From positions 13,955 through 77,954 of the forward strand of contig CAJXSI010000001.1 in assembly GCA_913061155.1 (NCBI GenBank): a DNA stretch of 64,000 nucleotides, given 5' to 3'. The DNA comes from an uncultured Alphaproteobacteria bacterium (GTDB lineage: Bacteria; Pseudomonadota; Alphaproteobacteria; UBA7879; VGCX01). The notes under the pieces were generated by a model that was not told where the DNA came from, did no database searches, and worked only from the letters and a program-made list of their open reading frames with translations. The position numbers were made by a program, and so were the translations under genes. Numbering within the stretch: position 1 is the stretch's first letter; each line of letters opens with the position of its first letter. Below are positions 1-10,204 of the stretch, one piece after another.

Positions 1-2
1 AA

Positions 3-500
3 GGGGATATCCGCAAAATTGGCTCTGGGAACATTGGGGCCACAAATGTGTTGCGGACAGGCAGTAAAAAGCTTGCCTTATTTACTATGCTGCTTGATTT
101 AATAAAAGGCTTTGCCGTTGTTTATTTTGCCAAGCATTTGAACCTTTTTTTCGAAGCGTCCATCGCGGTTATGCTGGGGCATTTATATCCAGTATGGCTT
201 AAATTTAAGGGCGGTAAAGGTGCTGCAACCTATGCGGGCGTTCTTTTTGCCTTAAGTTGGCCTTTGGGACTTCAGGCATTTATTGCTTGGGTGGCTTTCT
301 TGGCTTTATTTCATTATTCTTCTTTGGCGGCATTGTTAACCAGTCTGCTTATTCCCTTTACAGTTTGGTTGTGGCACTACCCAGATATTCTTTGGGTATC
401 AATCTTTTTGACAGCTTTAATATGGATCCGCCATATTGATAATATTAAGCGCTTAATCAAAGGGACAGAACCCCAAGTTGGTTCAAAGAAAAAGAAATAG
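3..500 (+). CDS. plsY: Glycerol-3-phosphate acyltransferase PlsY, 5'-truncated at the window edge
   Basis: Frame reads ...GSGNIGATNVLRTGSKK..., the PlsY G-S-G-N-x-G-A-T-N motif, followed by a hydrophobic membrane region. The reading frame is open to base 3, so the start lies outside the window. Confidence 0.8.
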   Translation, partial: GDIRKIGSGNIGATNVLRTGSKKLALFTMLLDLIKGFAVVYFAKHLNLFFEASIAVMLGHLYPVWLKFKGGKGAATYAGVLFALSWPLGLQAFIAWVAFLALFHYSSLAALLTSLLIPFTVWLWHYPDILWVSIFLTALIWIRHIDNIKRLIKGTEPQVGSKKKK

Positions 501-508
501 CCAGCCTT

Positions 509-1588
509 ATGAATAATGAACAATATGCGATACTACGTCTGATTCGTAGCGAGGGTATTGGCCCCATTCGCTTTTATAAATTAGTTGACCATTATGGAAC
601 AGCCCAAAAAGTTATTGATAATTGGGCAGATGTTCAAGTACGCATTAAATCAGCCAAATTATGCCCTGAAAAACAGGTTGATTGGGAATTAAAAAATGCC
701 GCGTTGAAAAAAATTACGCCCTTGTTTTATGATGCGTCAGATTATCCAGAACAGTTAAAAGATTTAACAGATCATCCTCCTGTTTTAATGGTCAAGGGGG
801 ATAAATCCCTGCTTTATAAAAAATCTATTGCCATTGTTGGGGCCCGTAATTCATCCCTTAACGGAAATAAATTAACCTATTTAATTGCAAAAAAATTGGG
901 CGCTTATGAATGGGGAACCATTTCTGGTTTGGCGCGCGGTATTGATAAATCAGCCCACGAAGGTAGCCTTTCAACAGGCACGGTTGCTGTTGTGGCAGGC
1001 GGGGTTGATGTTATTTATCCCGAAGAAAATAAAAAACTGTATGACCAAATTTGTGAACAAGGGATTGTTGTCAGTGAATGCGCTGTTGGCATGACACCCC
1101 AAGCCCAAGGTTTTCCCCGTCGTAACCGTCTGATTTCAGCCCTATCAAAAGGGGTTTTGGTTGTTGAAGCTTCCTTGCAATCAGGGTCAATGATTACGGC
1201 AAATAATGCTTTGGATCAGGGGCGGGAAGTGTTTGCTGTGCCTGGATCCCCTTTGGACCCAAGGTGTCGTGGGCCCAATAAACTAATAAAACAAGGGGCG
1301 AAATTGATTGAATCTGCAGAAGATATTCTTGATAATTTATCAGAATTTTTTATAGGGAAGAATTCTGCCCAAACAATGGATTTATTTAATCAGTCTGGTG
1401 GCGCGCCTTCAAAAACATCAAAAAATGTTATGGAGAAATTGGGTGGCTCGCCTGTCTCATTGGATTCGTTGGCAGAGGCAGCAAACATAACCCTAAGGCA
1501 ATTATTAACAGTCTTGTCTGAACTGGAATTAGAAGAAAAAATCACCCGACATCCAGGGGGGCGTATATCATTACGCTTGCAAGCATGA
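509..1588 (+). CDS. dprA: DNA processing protein DprA (Smf)
   Basis: IVGARNSS...GLARGIDKSAHEG...VAVVAGGVDVIYPEEN...AVPGSPLD is the DprA Rossmann-like core. Confidence 0.85.
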   Translation: MNNEQYAILRLIRSEGIGPIRFYKLVDHYGTAQKVIDNWADVQVRIKSAKLCPEKQVDWELKNAALKKITPLFYDASDYPEQLKDLTDHPPVLMVKGDKSLLYKKSIAIVGARNSSLNGNKLTYLIAKKLGAYEWGTISGLARGIDKSAHEGSLSTGTVAVVAGGVDVIYPEENKKLYDQICEQGIVVSECAVGMTPQAQGFPRRNRLISALSKGVLVVEASLQSGSMITANNALDQGREVFAVPGSPLDPRCRGPNKLIKQGAKLIESAEDILDNLSEFFIGKNSAQTMDLFNQSGGAPSKTSKNVMEKLGGSPVSLDSLAEAANITLRQLLTVLSELELEEKITRHPGGRISLRLQA

Positions 1589-1652
1589 AATCATTCCATT
1601 ATAACAAAAATAAAAATAAAAACCGTTTTTTCAGGTTAGGTTAGGACTGTAT

Positions 1653-3971
1653 ATGAAAGTTGTTATTGTTGAATCACCCGCAAAAGCAAAATCCATTAAT
1701 AAATATCTTGGGTCAGGTTACAAGGTAATTGCCAGTTATGGGCATGTTAGGGATTTGCCATCAAAGAATGGATCTGTGGATCCCGATCAAAATTTCCAAA
1801 TGATTTGGGAAGTTAGTGCTGATTCAAAAAAACAGATGAAGGCGATTCAAGACGAAGTTAAGGCTGCTGATACCATATATCTGGCAACTGACCCTGACCG
1901 TGAAGGGGAAGCCATTGCTTGGCACGTTCTTGAAATTTTAAAAGAAAAGAAACTTTTAAAAGACAAGACAATATTTCGAAGTGTTTTTTATGAAATCACG
2001 AAAAAAGCGGTTGTTGCCGCCATTGAAAACCCCCGGGAATTAAATGAAGAATTAATCAATGCCTATCTTGCCCGTCGTGCCCTGGATTACTTAGTTGGTT
2101 TTAATATTTCCCCCGTGTTATGGCGCAAATTACCAGGCAGCAAATCTGCCGGTCGTGTGCAATCGGTTGCTTTGCGATTGATTACAGACCGCGAGGCGGA
2201 AATAGAAAAATTCAACCCCCAAGAATATTGGACAGTGGATGTTGATTTATTAACCTCTGCCAGTAAAAAAGTCGTGGCCCGATTAACATACTTGGATGGT
2301 GAAAAGCTGGATAAGTTTTCACTAGGTGATGAAAAGGCTGCCAAGAATGCTGTTGCCAAAATAGAAAAACAAGGTTTTTCAGTTGAAAGCGTTAAGAAAA
2401 AGCAAGTTAGAAGGAACCCATCCCCGCCTTTTATTACGTCAACTTTGCAACAAGAAGCATCGCGTAAACTTGGGTACGGTTCTGGGCGCACCATGCAGAT
2501 CGCCCAAAAATTATATGAAGGTCTTGAACTTGGCGGGGAAACTGTCGGGCTAATTACTTACATGCGTACAGACAGTGTTAATATGTCGAACGATGCCATC
2601 CAGGCTTGCCGTAAAGTCATAGAGGCTGATTATGGAAAAGATTACCTTCCTGATGCGCCACGGTTCTATAAAAGCAAGGCTAAGAACGCGCAAGAGGCCC
2701 ACGAAGCCATTCGTCCAACAGATTTAAGTCGTCATCCCAGAACATTATCCAAGATTCTGGATCCGCAACAATTAAAGCTTTATGATTTGATATGGAAGCG
2801 GGCAATGGCATCGCAAATGAATAATGCCATTTTAGATCAAGTGACAATTGATATTGCTTCAGAGGACAGCCAGATAAAATTAAGGGCCACTGGATCAACG
2901 ATTGCCTTTGATGGTTTCTATGTTCTTTATAAAGAAGGGCGGGATGATGATAAAGATGAAGACCAAGAAAAAATGCTGCCATCTTTGCAGGAAAAAGAAA
3001 GCTTAGAAAAAGAAAAGGTCACACCAGACCAACACTTTACGCAGCCACCCCCACGATACAGTGAAGCCAGCTTGGTTAAAAAGTTGGAAGAACTTGGCAT
3101 TGGGCGGCCATCAACTTATGCCTCCATCATTCAAGTTTTGCAGGCCAGGGACTATGTTCGACTGGAAAAGAAACAGTTTATTCCCGAAGGGCGGGGTCGC
3201 TTGGTTGCAACCTTTTTGCTGAATTATTTCCCCCAATATGTGGAATACGATTTTACAGCCAGCCTGGAAGATGAACTGGATAAAGTTTCCCGAGGGGAAG
3301 TTGATTGGAAAGATATTTTGAAAACTTTCTGGACAGACTTTATTGAAACAATAGGCAAAACAAAAGACTTGAAAATATCAGATGTTTTGGATGTGCTGGA
3401 TGAGGCGCTGGGTCAATACTTTTTCCCTGATAATAAAAGAAATTGTCCTGACTGTAAGGAAGATAAGTTGCATTTAAAACTGGGTAGATTTGGCGCTTTT
3501 ATTGGATGTGAGAATTATCCAGAATGTAAGTACACACAGCAAATTATTGATAAATCAAAAAAAGAAGGTGAAGCAGAAAATATGAACACAAAGAAAGATG
3601 AAGCTTATCCAAAATTGCTTGGGAAAGATCCTGAAACAGACCAAGATATTACTTTGCGCAAAGGGCCCTATGGACCTTATCTTCAATTAGGTGAAGCCGA
3701 AGGCAAAAAGAAACCTAAGCGGGCGCCTATCTTGAAAGGCATGGATTTAGATGACGTTGATTTAACAAAAGCCTTAAGTTTATTATCTTTGCCCCGGTCT
3801 TTGGGAAAACATCCTGAAACAGGCGAAGACATTGCGGCAGGGATTGGGCGCTATGGTCCTTATATTAAGCATGGTAATGCTTTTATTTCTCTTAAAGGGC
3901 AAGATGTGTTATCTATTAACTTAGATGAGGCGGTAGAGGTTGTTAACAACGCCCCTAAAAAGAAAAAATAA
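1653..3971 (+). CDS. topA: DNA topoisomerase I
   Basis: MKVVIVESPAKAKSINKYLG...ASYGHVRDLP Toprim N-terminus, with a C4 zinc ribbon (CPDCKED...CENYPEC) in the C-terminal part. Confidence 0.95.
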   Translation: MKVVIVESPAKAKSINKYLGSGYKVIASYGHVRDLPSKNGSVDPDQNFQMIWEVSADSKKQMKAIQDEVKAADTIYLATDPDREGEAIAWHVLEILKEKKLLKDKTIFRSVFYEITKKAVVAAIENPRELNEELINAYLARRALDYLVGFNISPVLWRKLPGSKSAGRVQSVALRLITDREAEIEKFNPQEYWTVDVDLLTSASKKVVARLTYLDGEKLDKFSLGDEKAAKNAVAKIEKQGFSVESVKKKQVRRNPSPPFITSTLQQEASRKLGYGSGRTMQIAQKLYEGLELGGETVGLITYMRTDSVNMSNDAIQACRKVIEADYGKDYLPDAPRFYKSKAKNAQEAHEAIRPTDLSRHPRTLSKILDPQQLKLYDLIWKRAMASQMNNAILDQVTIDIASEDSQIKLRATGSTIAFDGFYVLYKEGRDDDKDEDQEKMLPSLQEKESLEKEKVTPDQHFTQPPPRYSEASLVKKLEELGIGRPSTYASIIQVLQARDYVRLEKKQFIPEGRGRLVATFLLNYFPQYVEYDFTASLEDELDKVSRGEVDWKDILKTFWTDFIETIGKTKDLKISDVLDVLDEALGQYFFPDNKRNCPDCKEDKLHLKLGRFGAFIGCENYPECKYTQQIIDKSKKEGEAENMNTKKDEAYPKLLGKDPETDQDITLRKGPYGPYLQLGEAEGKKKPKRAPILKGMDLDDVDLTKALSLLSLPRSLGKHPETGEDIAAGIGRYGPYIKHGNAFISLKGQDVLSINLDEAVEVVNNAPKKKK

Positions 3972-3982
3972 AAGGTAAGGCT

Positions 3983-5986
3983 TTGGCCGATAAAGGTAAT
4001 AAAAATAAATCAAAATCAAGACCTTTCCCTGACAGGCAAGATATAATTGATTATATTCAAAAATTTGAATCTCCGCCAACTAAGCGGGATATTGCCCGGT
4101 ATTTTAAAATCCGGGGGGATCGCAATAAAATTAAATTAAAAGAATTATTGAATGAATTAAGATCTTTGGGGTTCTTCAAAGATATCATACAAAAAGATCG
4201 CAATACCGATAGGGCAAAAAAATACGAAGGGGCCGAAGAAATTAAATCTTTGGTTGGATTTGTGCAGCTGACAGATAGGGGGTTGCGCTTTATTCCGTCT
4301 ACGCGAAAAATAAAAATTGCTTTTGAAATTAAGGGGGCTAAGAATTTTAGCCAAGAAAAAATTGGCCTGGCGTTTAGTGCAGAAGTCATTTCAATGGAAC
4401 CCCCGATTGTTGAATTGGAAAAAGAAATTGGACCTGCAAGTGATGTAAGTCTTATCTCTGCAATGTCGGCAGGGTTACCTGCGGAATTTACAAAAGAAGT
4501 TATCGAAGAATCAGAAAAAGTCAGTGTGATCCCTGAATTAGGAAAACGTGAAGATATTCGCAAAATCCCCCTTATTACCATAGATGGTAAAGATTCCAGA
4601 GATTTTGACGATGCCGTTTTTGCTGAAAAAACAAAAGATGGGTGGCATATTATTGTGGCCATCGCTGACGTTTCTTATTACGTCCAGCCTGGATCGGCGT
4701 TGGATAGATCCGCCCTAGAGCGAGGCAATTCAACTTATTTCCCAGATCGCGTTATCCCAATGTTACCTGAAAATCTTTCCAACGGTATATGTTCATTGAA
4801 CCCTGATGAAGATCGGGCTTGTATGGGGGTTCATATCTGGATTGATGACCAAGGTAAGAAAAAAAAGCATAAGTTTTTTAGGGGATTAATGCGATCCCAT
4901 GCCCGGACAACTTATGAACAAATCCAAAAAGCTTATGAATCAAATAAAGGTGATCTTAAGGGAAAGGCAGACCAATTGTTTGGCGCGTTTCATGCCCTTG
5001 AAAATGCGCGAAAAAAACGGGGAACATTGGAAATTGAAGTGCCAGAACCGTATATCATCTTTGATGAAAAAGGCTTTGTCAAAGAACTTGTCCCCCGAAG
5101 TCGCTTAGATGCCCATAAACTTATTGAAGAATTCATGGTCTTGGCCAATGTTGCGGCAGCAGAAGAATTGGAAAGTCATAAACAGCTTTGTATGTACCGT
5201 ATTCACAACAGCCCTGATCAAGAAAAAGTTGAAGAAATTCGCAAATTGTTAACGCGTTTGAAAATAAAATATGAAGGGTCTTTGAAGGCGTCAAAAGACT
5301 TTACAACCTTAATTAAGCAGGTGCATGACACGCCTTACAAAAATATTGTCAGCGAACTTATTTTAAGGTCCCAAAGTCAGGCAGTCTATTCTTCGGATAA
5401 CATTGGTCACTTTGGCTTGAACCTTGAACATTATGCGCATTTTACATCACCAATCAGACGTTATTCAGATTTGATGGTTCACCGGGGACTTCTAAAAACT
5501 TTGAATATTTCAGAAGGGGCCCAACCTTCGATTTCAAAAGATGACTTCCAAGAAATTGCTGGGCGTATTTCTGTGACAGAACGGCGTTCTGTGGGCGCAG
5601 AGCGTGAGGCAATGGATCGTTATATGACACAATTCTTATCAAACCGTGAAGGGGATGAGTTTGATGTTTATGTAACGGGTATATCCAAAGCAGGTTTATT
5701 TGTCACCATTCCTGAATTTAATGCCAGTGGTTTGGTGCCGGCCCGCTTATTAAGCGATGATTATTATATTTTAAAAGATCACCCAACCCGCCTTGAGGGC
5801 CGCCGAACAAAAAGAAAATTCAGCTTTGGCGATAATATGCGCGTGTTTTTGGCATCGGCTGACCTAACAAAAGGCCGATTGACATTTGAACCCACAGGGG
5901 AAATGTTCAAAACGCAAACACGTTATAAAACAACCCCAAGGGCAGGCAATAAAAAGCCAATGAACAAAGGTAAACGAAAACGTTAG
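3983..5986 (+). CDS. rnr: Ribonuclease R (RNB family 3'-5' exoribonuclease)
   Basis: RNB catalytic region (ITIDGKDSRDFDDAVF...HFGLNLEHYAHFTSPIRRYSD), a C-terminal S1-like region and a basic tail. Confidence 0.85.
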   Translation: MADKGNKNKSKSRPFPDRQDIIDYIQKFESPPTKRDIARYFKIRGDRNKIKLKELLNELRSLGFFKDIIQKDRNTDRAKKYEGAEEIKSLVGFVQLTDRGLRFIPSTRKIKIAFEIKGAKNFSQEKIGLAFSAEVISMEPPIVELEKEIGPASDVSLISAMSAGLPAEFTKEVIEESEKVSVIPELGKREDIRKIPLITIDGKDSRDFDDAVFAEKTKDGWHIIVAIADVSYYVQPGSALDRSALERGNSTYFPDRVIPMLPENLSNGICSLNPDEDRACMGVHIWIDDQGKKKKHKFFRGLMRSHARTTYEQIQKAYESNKGDLKGKADQLFGAFHALENARKKRGTLEIEVPEPYIIFDEKGFVKELVPRSRLDAHKLIEEFMVLANVAAAEELESHKQLCMYRIHNSPDQEKVEEIRKLLTRLKIKYEGSLKASKDFTTLIKQVHDTPYKNIVSELILRSQSQAVYSSDNIGHFGLNLEHYAHFTSPIRRYSDLMVHRGLLKTLNISEGAQPSISKDDFQEIAGRISVTERRSVGAEREAMDRYMTQFLSNREGDEFDVYVTGISKAGLFVTIPEFNASGLVPARLLSDDYYILKDHPTRLEGRRTKRKFSFGDNMRVFLASADLTKGRLTFEPTGEMFKTQTRYKTTPRAGNKKPMNKGKRKR

Positions 5987-5998
5987 AGGGAGGCTTTA

Positions 5999-6784
5999 AT
6001 GAACACACTTATTCTTTCCGTTATTCAAGGGGTTACAGAATTTATTCCTGTTTCATCAACCGCCCATATAATCTTAGCCAGTAAATTATATGGCGTAGAA
6101 TCAGCAGGTCGTATGACAGAAGTCGCCTTGCACGTAGGGACATTGTTGGTGGTTTTAACCTATTTCCGTCAAGATATTTTGGAATTTTTCAAAGGCCTGG
6201 GGAAGCTTTTCAAGGGATCCATTACTAAGGGATTTCACCGGTTTTTAATGATTGGCGCAGCGACCATCCCTGTTGTAATCGCAGGCTATGTCATTAATAC
6301 TTATTTTGATAACAGTTTCAGAACCTTAAGCCTTATGGGATGGATGTCCATCTTTTTTGGATTGTTACTTTTGTTCGTTGATAAGGCCTCTCCGGCCACA
6401 AAAAAATACGAATCAATGACCTATAAGGATGCGATGATAATTGGCCTTTTGCAGGTATTGGCCTTGATACCAGGATCAAGCCGTTTGGGAACAACCATTA
6501 TTGCCGCCCGCTTATTAGGGTATAACCGTGTGGGATCGGCCAAATTTTCTTTTTTACTTTCAATTCCCGTTATCACTGGGGCGATGACACTTCTTATTAT
6601 AAAAAACAATGCCCAACAAGGTTTGCAAATGTCGTTTGAAACCTTGTCGAGTATCTTGATATCTTTTTGTGTGGGCTATGTGACTTTAAAGTCCGTCATG
6701 TGGTACCTTAAAAAGTTTTCCTTCCTTCCCATTGCCCTTTATAGAATTGCTTTAGGCACATACATTTTATGGTGCGTAGGTTAA
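5999..6784 (+). CDS. uppP: Undecaprenyl-diphosphatase UppP/BacA
   Basis: GVTEFIPVSSTAHIIL N-terminal motif, SRLGTTI motif, polytopic membrane protein. Confidence 0.9.
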   Translation: MNTLILSVIQGVTEFIPVSSTAHIILASKLYGVESAGRMTEVALHVGTLLVVLTYFRQDILEFFKGLGKLFKGSITKGFHRFLMIGAATIPVVIAGYVINTYFDNSFRTLSLMGWMSIFFGLLLLFVDKASPATKKYESMTYKDAMIIGLLQVLALIPGSSRLGTTIIAARLLGYNRVGSAKFSFLLSIPVITGAMTLLIIKNNAQQGLQMSFETLSSILISFCVGYVTLKSVMWYLKKFSFLPIALYRIALGTYILWCVG

Positions 6785-6807
6785 TAAGTTTCTAAATAAA
6801 CTAAGTT

Positions 6808-7398
6808 ATGATTCGTTGTTTAATTAGGGGTAAATCAATGCAAATTCTGGACATGATTCATGAAAATAAAAACAGATATCTGACCTATCTTTCAGCGAAG
6901 ATGGTGCAAAGCCCTGTGGGGGATATCCTGATTATTGTGAATAAGGATAAATTATGTTTACTGGAATTTGTTCAACGTAAAAACCTTAGGGATAATTTAA
7001 TTAATTTATCATTAAAAACAGACTGCCCCATTGTTTGGTCAGATAATTCTTTGATAAAAAAGATTGAAAATGCTTTGGGAAAATATTTTCAAGGAAAAGA
7101 AAATCAGTTTGATCTGCCCATAGAAACAAATGGAACACCTTTCCAAAAGAAAGTTTGGCAAGAAATCCAGAAAATTCCATATGGTCAAACAACTTCGTAT
7201 GCAGAAATTGCGATATCTATTGGGTTTACATCTGCCCATAGGGCTGTGGCCAATGCAGTAGGTAAAAATCAACTGGCGATAATTGTTCCTTGCCACAGAG
7301 TGATTAATAAAAGTGGTAAATTAGGCGGGTATGCAGGGGGCATAGACCGAAAAGAATGGTTGCTTAGTCATGAAAAAAGTCCTGGAAAAAAGCCCTGA
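6808..7398 (+). CDS. ogt: Methylated-DNA-protein-cysteine methyltransferase (Ogt/MGMT)
   Basis: C-terminal FQKKVWQEIQKIPYGQTTSYAEIA...PCHRVINKSGKLGGYAGG, including the PCHRV active-site Cys motif. The true start may be the internal Met at 6838. Confidence 0.85.
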   Translation: MIRCLIRGKSMQILDMIHENKNRYLTYLSAKMVQSPVGDILIIVNKDKLCLLEFVQRKNLRDNLINLSLKTDCPIVWSDNSLIKKIENALGKYFQGKENQFDLPIETNGTPFQKKVWQEIQKIPYGQTTSYAEIAISIGFTSAHRAVANAVGKNQLAIIVPCHRVINKSGKLGGYAGGIDRKEWLLSHEKSPGKKP

Positions 7399-7407
7399 AA
7401 AAATGTC

Positions 7408-8829
7408 TTAATTTTCACCTTGGCCTTTTGAATAGCCAGGTTGACCATCATAACAATATAATTTTTCTATATGAACCCATTCAAATTCTGAATCTACAGC
7501 AGTTATAAGATCTGGAAAGTCGCTTTTCTTTAAATATTTGGTCCCGATAATACGGCATCGCCACCAGTCAACCATATCAAAATTGGATCCTGAAATTTCA
7601 GGATAGACAAGGGCGCCTCTATTACTGATAAATTTAAGTTCAAAATTTGTTGGCTTCAAAGCTGTTTCTAATTTCTTCCCAATGATGCCAGGCACCTCAG
7701 TGGATTGAAGAAACAAGTCAACCCCCACACAGTCTTGCTTTGCTTTTGTTTTTGGAGGCTTGAATTTTTGTAATTTAATTCGCTTGAAAGTCCGCGGCGT
7801 CCAATTCTTGGGCCCCCTCCCTAAGTTAGCAATAACCATTTGTGTGAAATCAGTTCGTGTAAGGCCACACGCCCCTGCAATATCTTTGGTATAGTTTTTA
7901 TCTTCAAGTGTCTTCATTAAGGCATTTTCGATGGTTTCTGCATGACTATCAAGATCTATGTATCGAAGCATGCTGATGGCACTCATCAATAAAGCAGTGG
8001 GGTTGGCAATATCCTTCCCCGCAATATCAGGGGCAGAACCGTGCACAGCTTCAAAAATGGCACAGTCATCACCAATATTTGCACTGGGGGCAACCCCAAG
8101 GCCGCCAACAAGGCCAGAGGCAAGGTCGCTAAGAATATCGCCATTCATATTCGTCATGACAATGACATCAAACTGTTCTGGTTTAACCACCAGTTGATGC
8201 GCACAGTTATCAATAATTAAATGATGGGCGGGCATATCTGGGTAATCTAGGCTAACGGTTTCAAATGTATTTTTAAAAAGCCCTTCAGTAAGCTTTAAAA
8301 TATTTGCTTTGGTGGAACAGTGAACAGAGGGGCGTCCCTCAGTCTTTGCCAATTCAAAAGCAAATCGACATATTTTTTCTGACCCCATAACACTTATTGC
8401 TTTAAGCGCAACTTTTACATGTTCACTTTGGGAATATTCAATGCCTGCATACAGGTCTTCTGTGTTTTCACGAACGATAACAAGGTCAATATTTCGTCCA
8501 GAAAAAGGGGTCGTGATCCCAGGTATTTCAAAGACATGTCGCACATTGGCATAAGTTTCAAAAAGTTTACGAAGGGTTACGTTCGCACTTTTACCGCCAT
8601 GGCCAACAGGTGTTTCAAGGGGGCCCTTTAAGGCAACCTTATTTTTTGAAATGCTATCAATTGTGGCTTGCGGAACACCTGAAGAAATACCAGATTCAAA
8701 GGATTCTTTCCCTGCAATAACAGTTTCCCAGGTAATAGGGACATGTGCGGCGTCAAAAATCTTACAAATACTTGATGTAATTTCAGGGCCAACGCCATCC
8801 CCTTGAATAAGTGTAATTGTTTGTTTCAT
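7408..8829 (-). CDS. icd: Isocitrate dehydrogenase, eukaryote/Rickettsia-like, with a ~130-aa C-terminal extension
   Basis: [12 protein letters not shown]...[25 protein letters not shown] isopropylmalate/isocitrate dehydrogenase family core. Confidence 0.85.
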   Translation of the reverse strand: MKQTITLIQGDGVGPEITSSICKIFDAAHVPITWETVIAGKESFESGISSGVPQATIDSISKNKVALKGPLETPVGHGGKSANVTLRKLFETYANVRHVFEIPGITTPFSGRNIDLVIVRENTEDLYAGIEYSQSEHVKVALKAISVMGSEKICRFAFELAKTEGRPSVHCSTKANILKLTEGLFKNTFETVSLDYPDMPAHHLIIDNCAHQLVVKPEQFDVIVMTNMNGDILSDLASGLVGGLGVAPSANIGDDCAIFEAVHGSAPDIAGKDIANPTALLMSAISMLRYIDLDSHAETIENALMKTLEDKNYTKDIAGACGLTRTDFTQMVIANLGRGPKNWTPRTFKRIKLQKFKPPKTKAKQDCVGVDLFLQSTEVPGIIGKKLETALKPTNFELKFISNRGALVYPEISGSNFDMVDWWRCRIIGTKYLKKSDFPDLITAVDSEFEWVHIEKLYCYDGQPGYSKGQGEN

Positions 8830-8832
8830 ATT

Positions 8833-9426
8833 TTATACAGCAGATTTCATTTGTGTTAACGCTTGCTTTGCCGCTGCCATCATGGTTTTAACTTGGTCAG
8901 GTTCCAACAATGATATGCTTTGCATCACATATTGAACAAGGATGCCGACATATTTGGCCTGCATATTAATTAGCTTCGTTGCGACCGTCGGTGCCAGGGC
9001 ACTTGTCACCATGTCGCGGCGATAAATATAAACATGACAAGCAAAGATGTTTTTATAATATCTTTCGATTGTGCTGTTAATATAGGTGAAAATATCATTA
9101 TCCGCCACAGATGCCCCAACCAAAAGTTGGACAACCGAATTAATACTTTGGGATATCTGGAGGGCTTTTTGAACACCTGTCCCACGCCCCATTTGGCTGG
9201 AGTTATAACCAGAAATTATACCAAGCTGAACTTTGATTTCATTTAAGACAGATCTAAGTTGCATGGCTTCGCGTGTTTTAAGGGCTTGGCTTCTTAAAAT
9301 AGAAGTTGCATCACCGCCAAATGCCCTAAAGTCATTTGCTGTAAGGCCGCCACCGCACCTGGATAAGAATAAAGGCATCAAAATAACCAGGACAGTTATG
9401 ATATTTTTTTTCCATTTATTTTTCAT
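8833..9426 (-). CDS. Lipoprotein of unknown function, paralog A of a tandem pair
   Basis: Start trimmed to MKNKWKKNIITVLVILMPLFLSRCGG (signal peptide plus lipobox Cys). Alignable along its length with the upstream neighbour. Confidence 0.55.
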   Translation of the reverse strand: MKNKWKKNIITVLVILMPLFLSRCGGGLTANDFRAFGGDATSILRSQALKTREAMQLRSVLNEIKVQLGIISGYNSSQMGRGTGVQKALQISQSINSVVQLLVGASVADNDIFTYINSTIERYYKNIFACHVYIYRRDMVTSALAPTVATKLINMQAKYVGILVQYVMQSISLLEPDQVKTMMAAAKQALTQMKSAV

Positions 9427-9439
9427 TTTATTTATCATT

Positions 9440-10138
9440 TTAATAAGGCCTATTGTTGTTTGTTTGCCCATAATTTGAACCGTTTCCGCCCATACCTGGT
9501 TGAACAACGGTATCTGGGCTAACTATATATTCCTTGTTTAAGGCATCTCTGGCAGATTTGGCCATGCCCAAAGTTGTTTTGATTTGATCTTTCCCCATAG
9601 ATGGAATCAGCTGAACCATATATTGGATGCTAATAGCCGCATATTTTGCCTGGACATTTAACAGCTTAGTTATAATCGAAGGGCCAAGTCCCGTGATAAC
9701 AAGGTTGCGTCCATATCGCTGTCTGTGACAAGAAAATATATTATCAAAATAAGCTGCAGAAGGCTGATTAAGCATAGAAGAATTGGGGTTGGTGTTTCCG
9801 ATTTGACTGTTTATAAATTGACGGACATCATCATCTGTTGCAGTTGCCCCTGTTAAAATTCTTAAGGCACTGTTGATACCACTCATAGTATGAAAGGCTT
9901 TTCCAACCCCACCAATTCCCATATCATTAGGGGTATAGCCAGAAATTCTGGATAAGGTTGTATGAATTTCATTGAGAATAGATCTTAATTCCACCCCTTG
10001 TTCAGATGATGCCGCCTGGCCTTCAATGATTGATGTTATGTCAGATTTCGTCGCCTGAAGGTCTTCAGGGCTCATGCCACCACATTTGGCTAGGAACAAA
10101 GGAATTGCCAAAAATAGAGTGATGTATTTCCTGTTCAT
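9440..10138 (-). CDS. Lipoprotein of unknown function, paralog B of a tandem pair
   Basis: MNRKYITLFLAIPLFLAKCGG signal/lipobox. Shares LRSxLNEI...ISGY...GxG...NIFxCH...LNxQAKY...IQYxxQ blocks with 8833-9426. Confidence 0.6.
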   Translation of the reverse strand: MNRKYITLFLAIPLFLAKCGGMSPEDLQATKSDITSIIEGQAASSEQGVELRSILNEIHTTLSRISGYTPNDMGIGGVGKAFHTMSGINSALRILTGATATDDDVRQFINSQIGNTNPNSSMLNQPSAAYFDNIFSCHRQRYGRNLVITGLGPSIITKLLNVQAKYAAISIQYMVQLIPSMGKDQIKTTLGMAKSARDALNKEYIVSPDTVVQPGMGGNGSNYGQTNNNRPY

Positions 10139-10204
10139 TTATAAACCCCTTGTTATTTTATTCTTATACTATATCAAAGCTTTGTATGACTGAGAAGACA
10201 AAAA

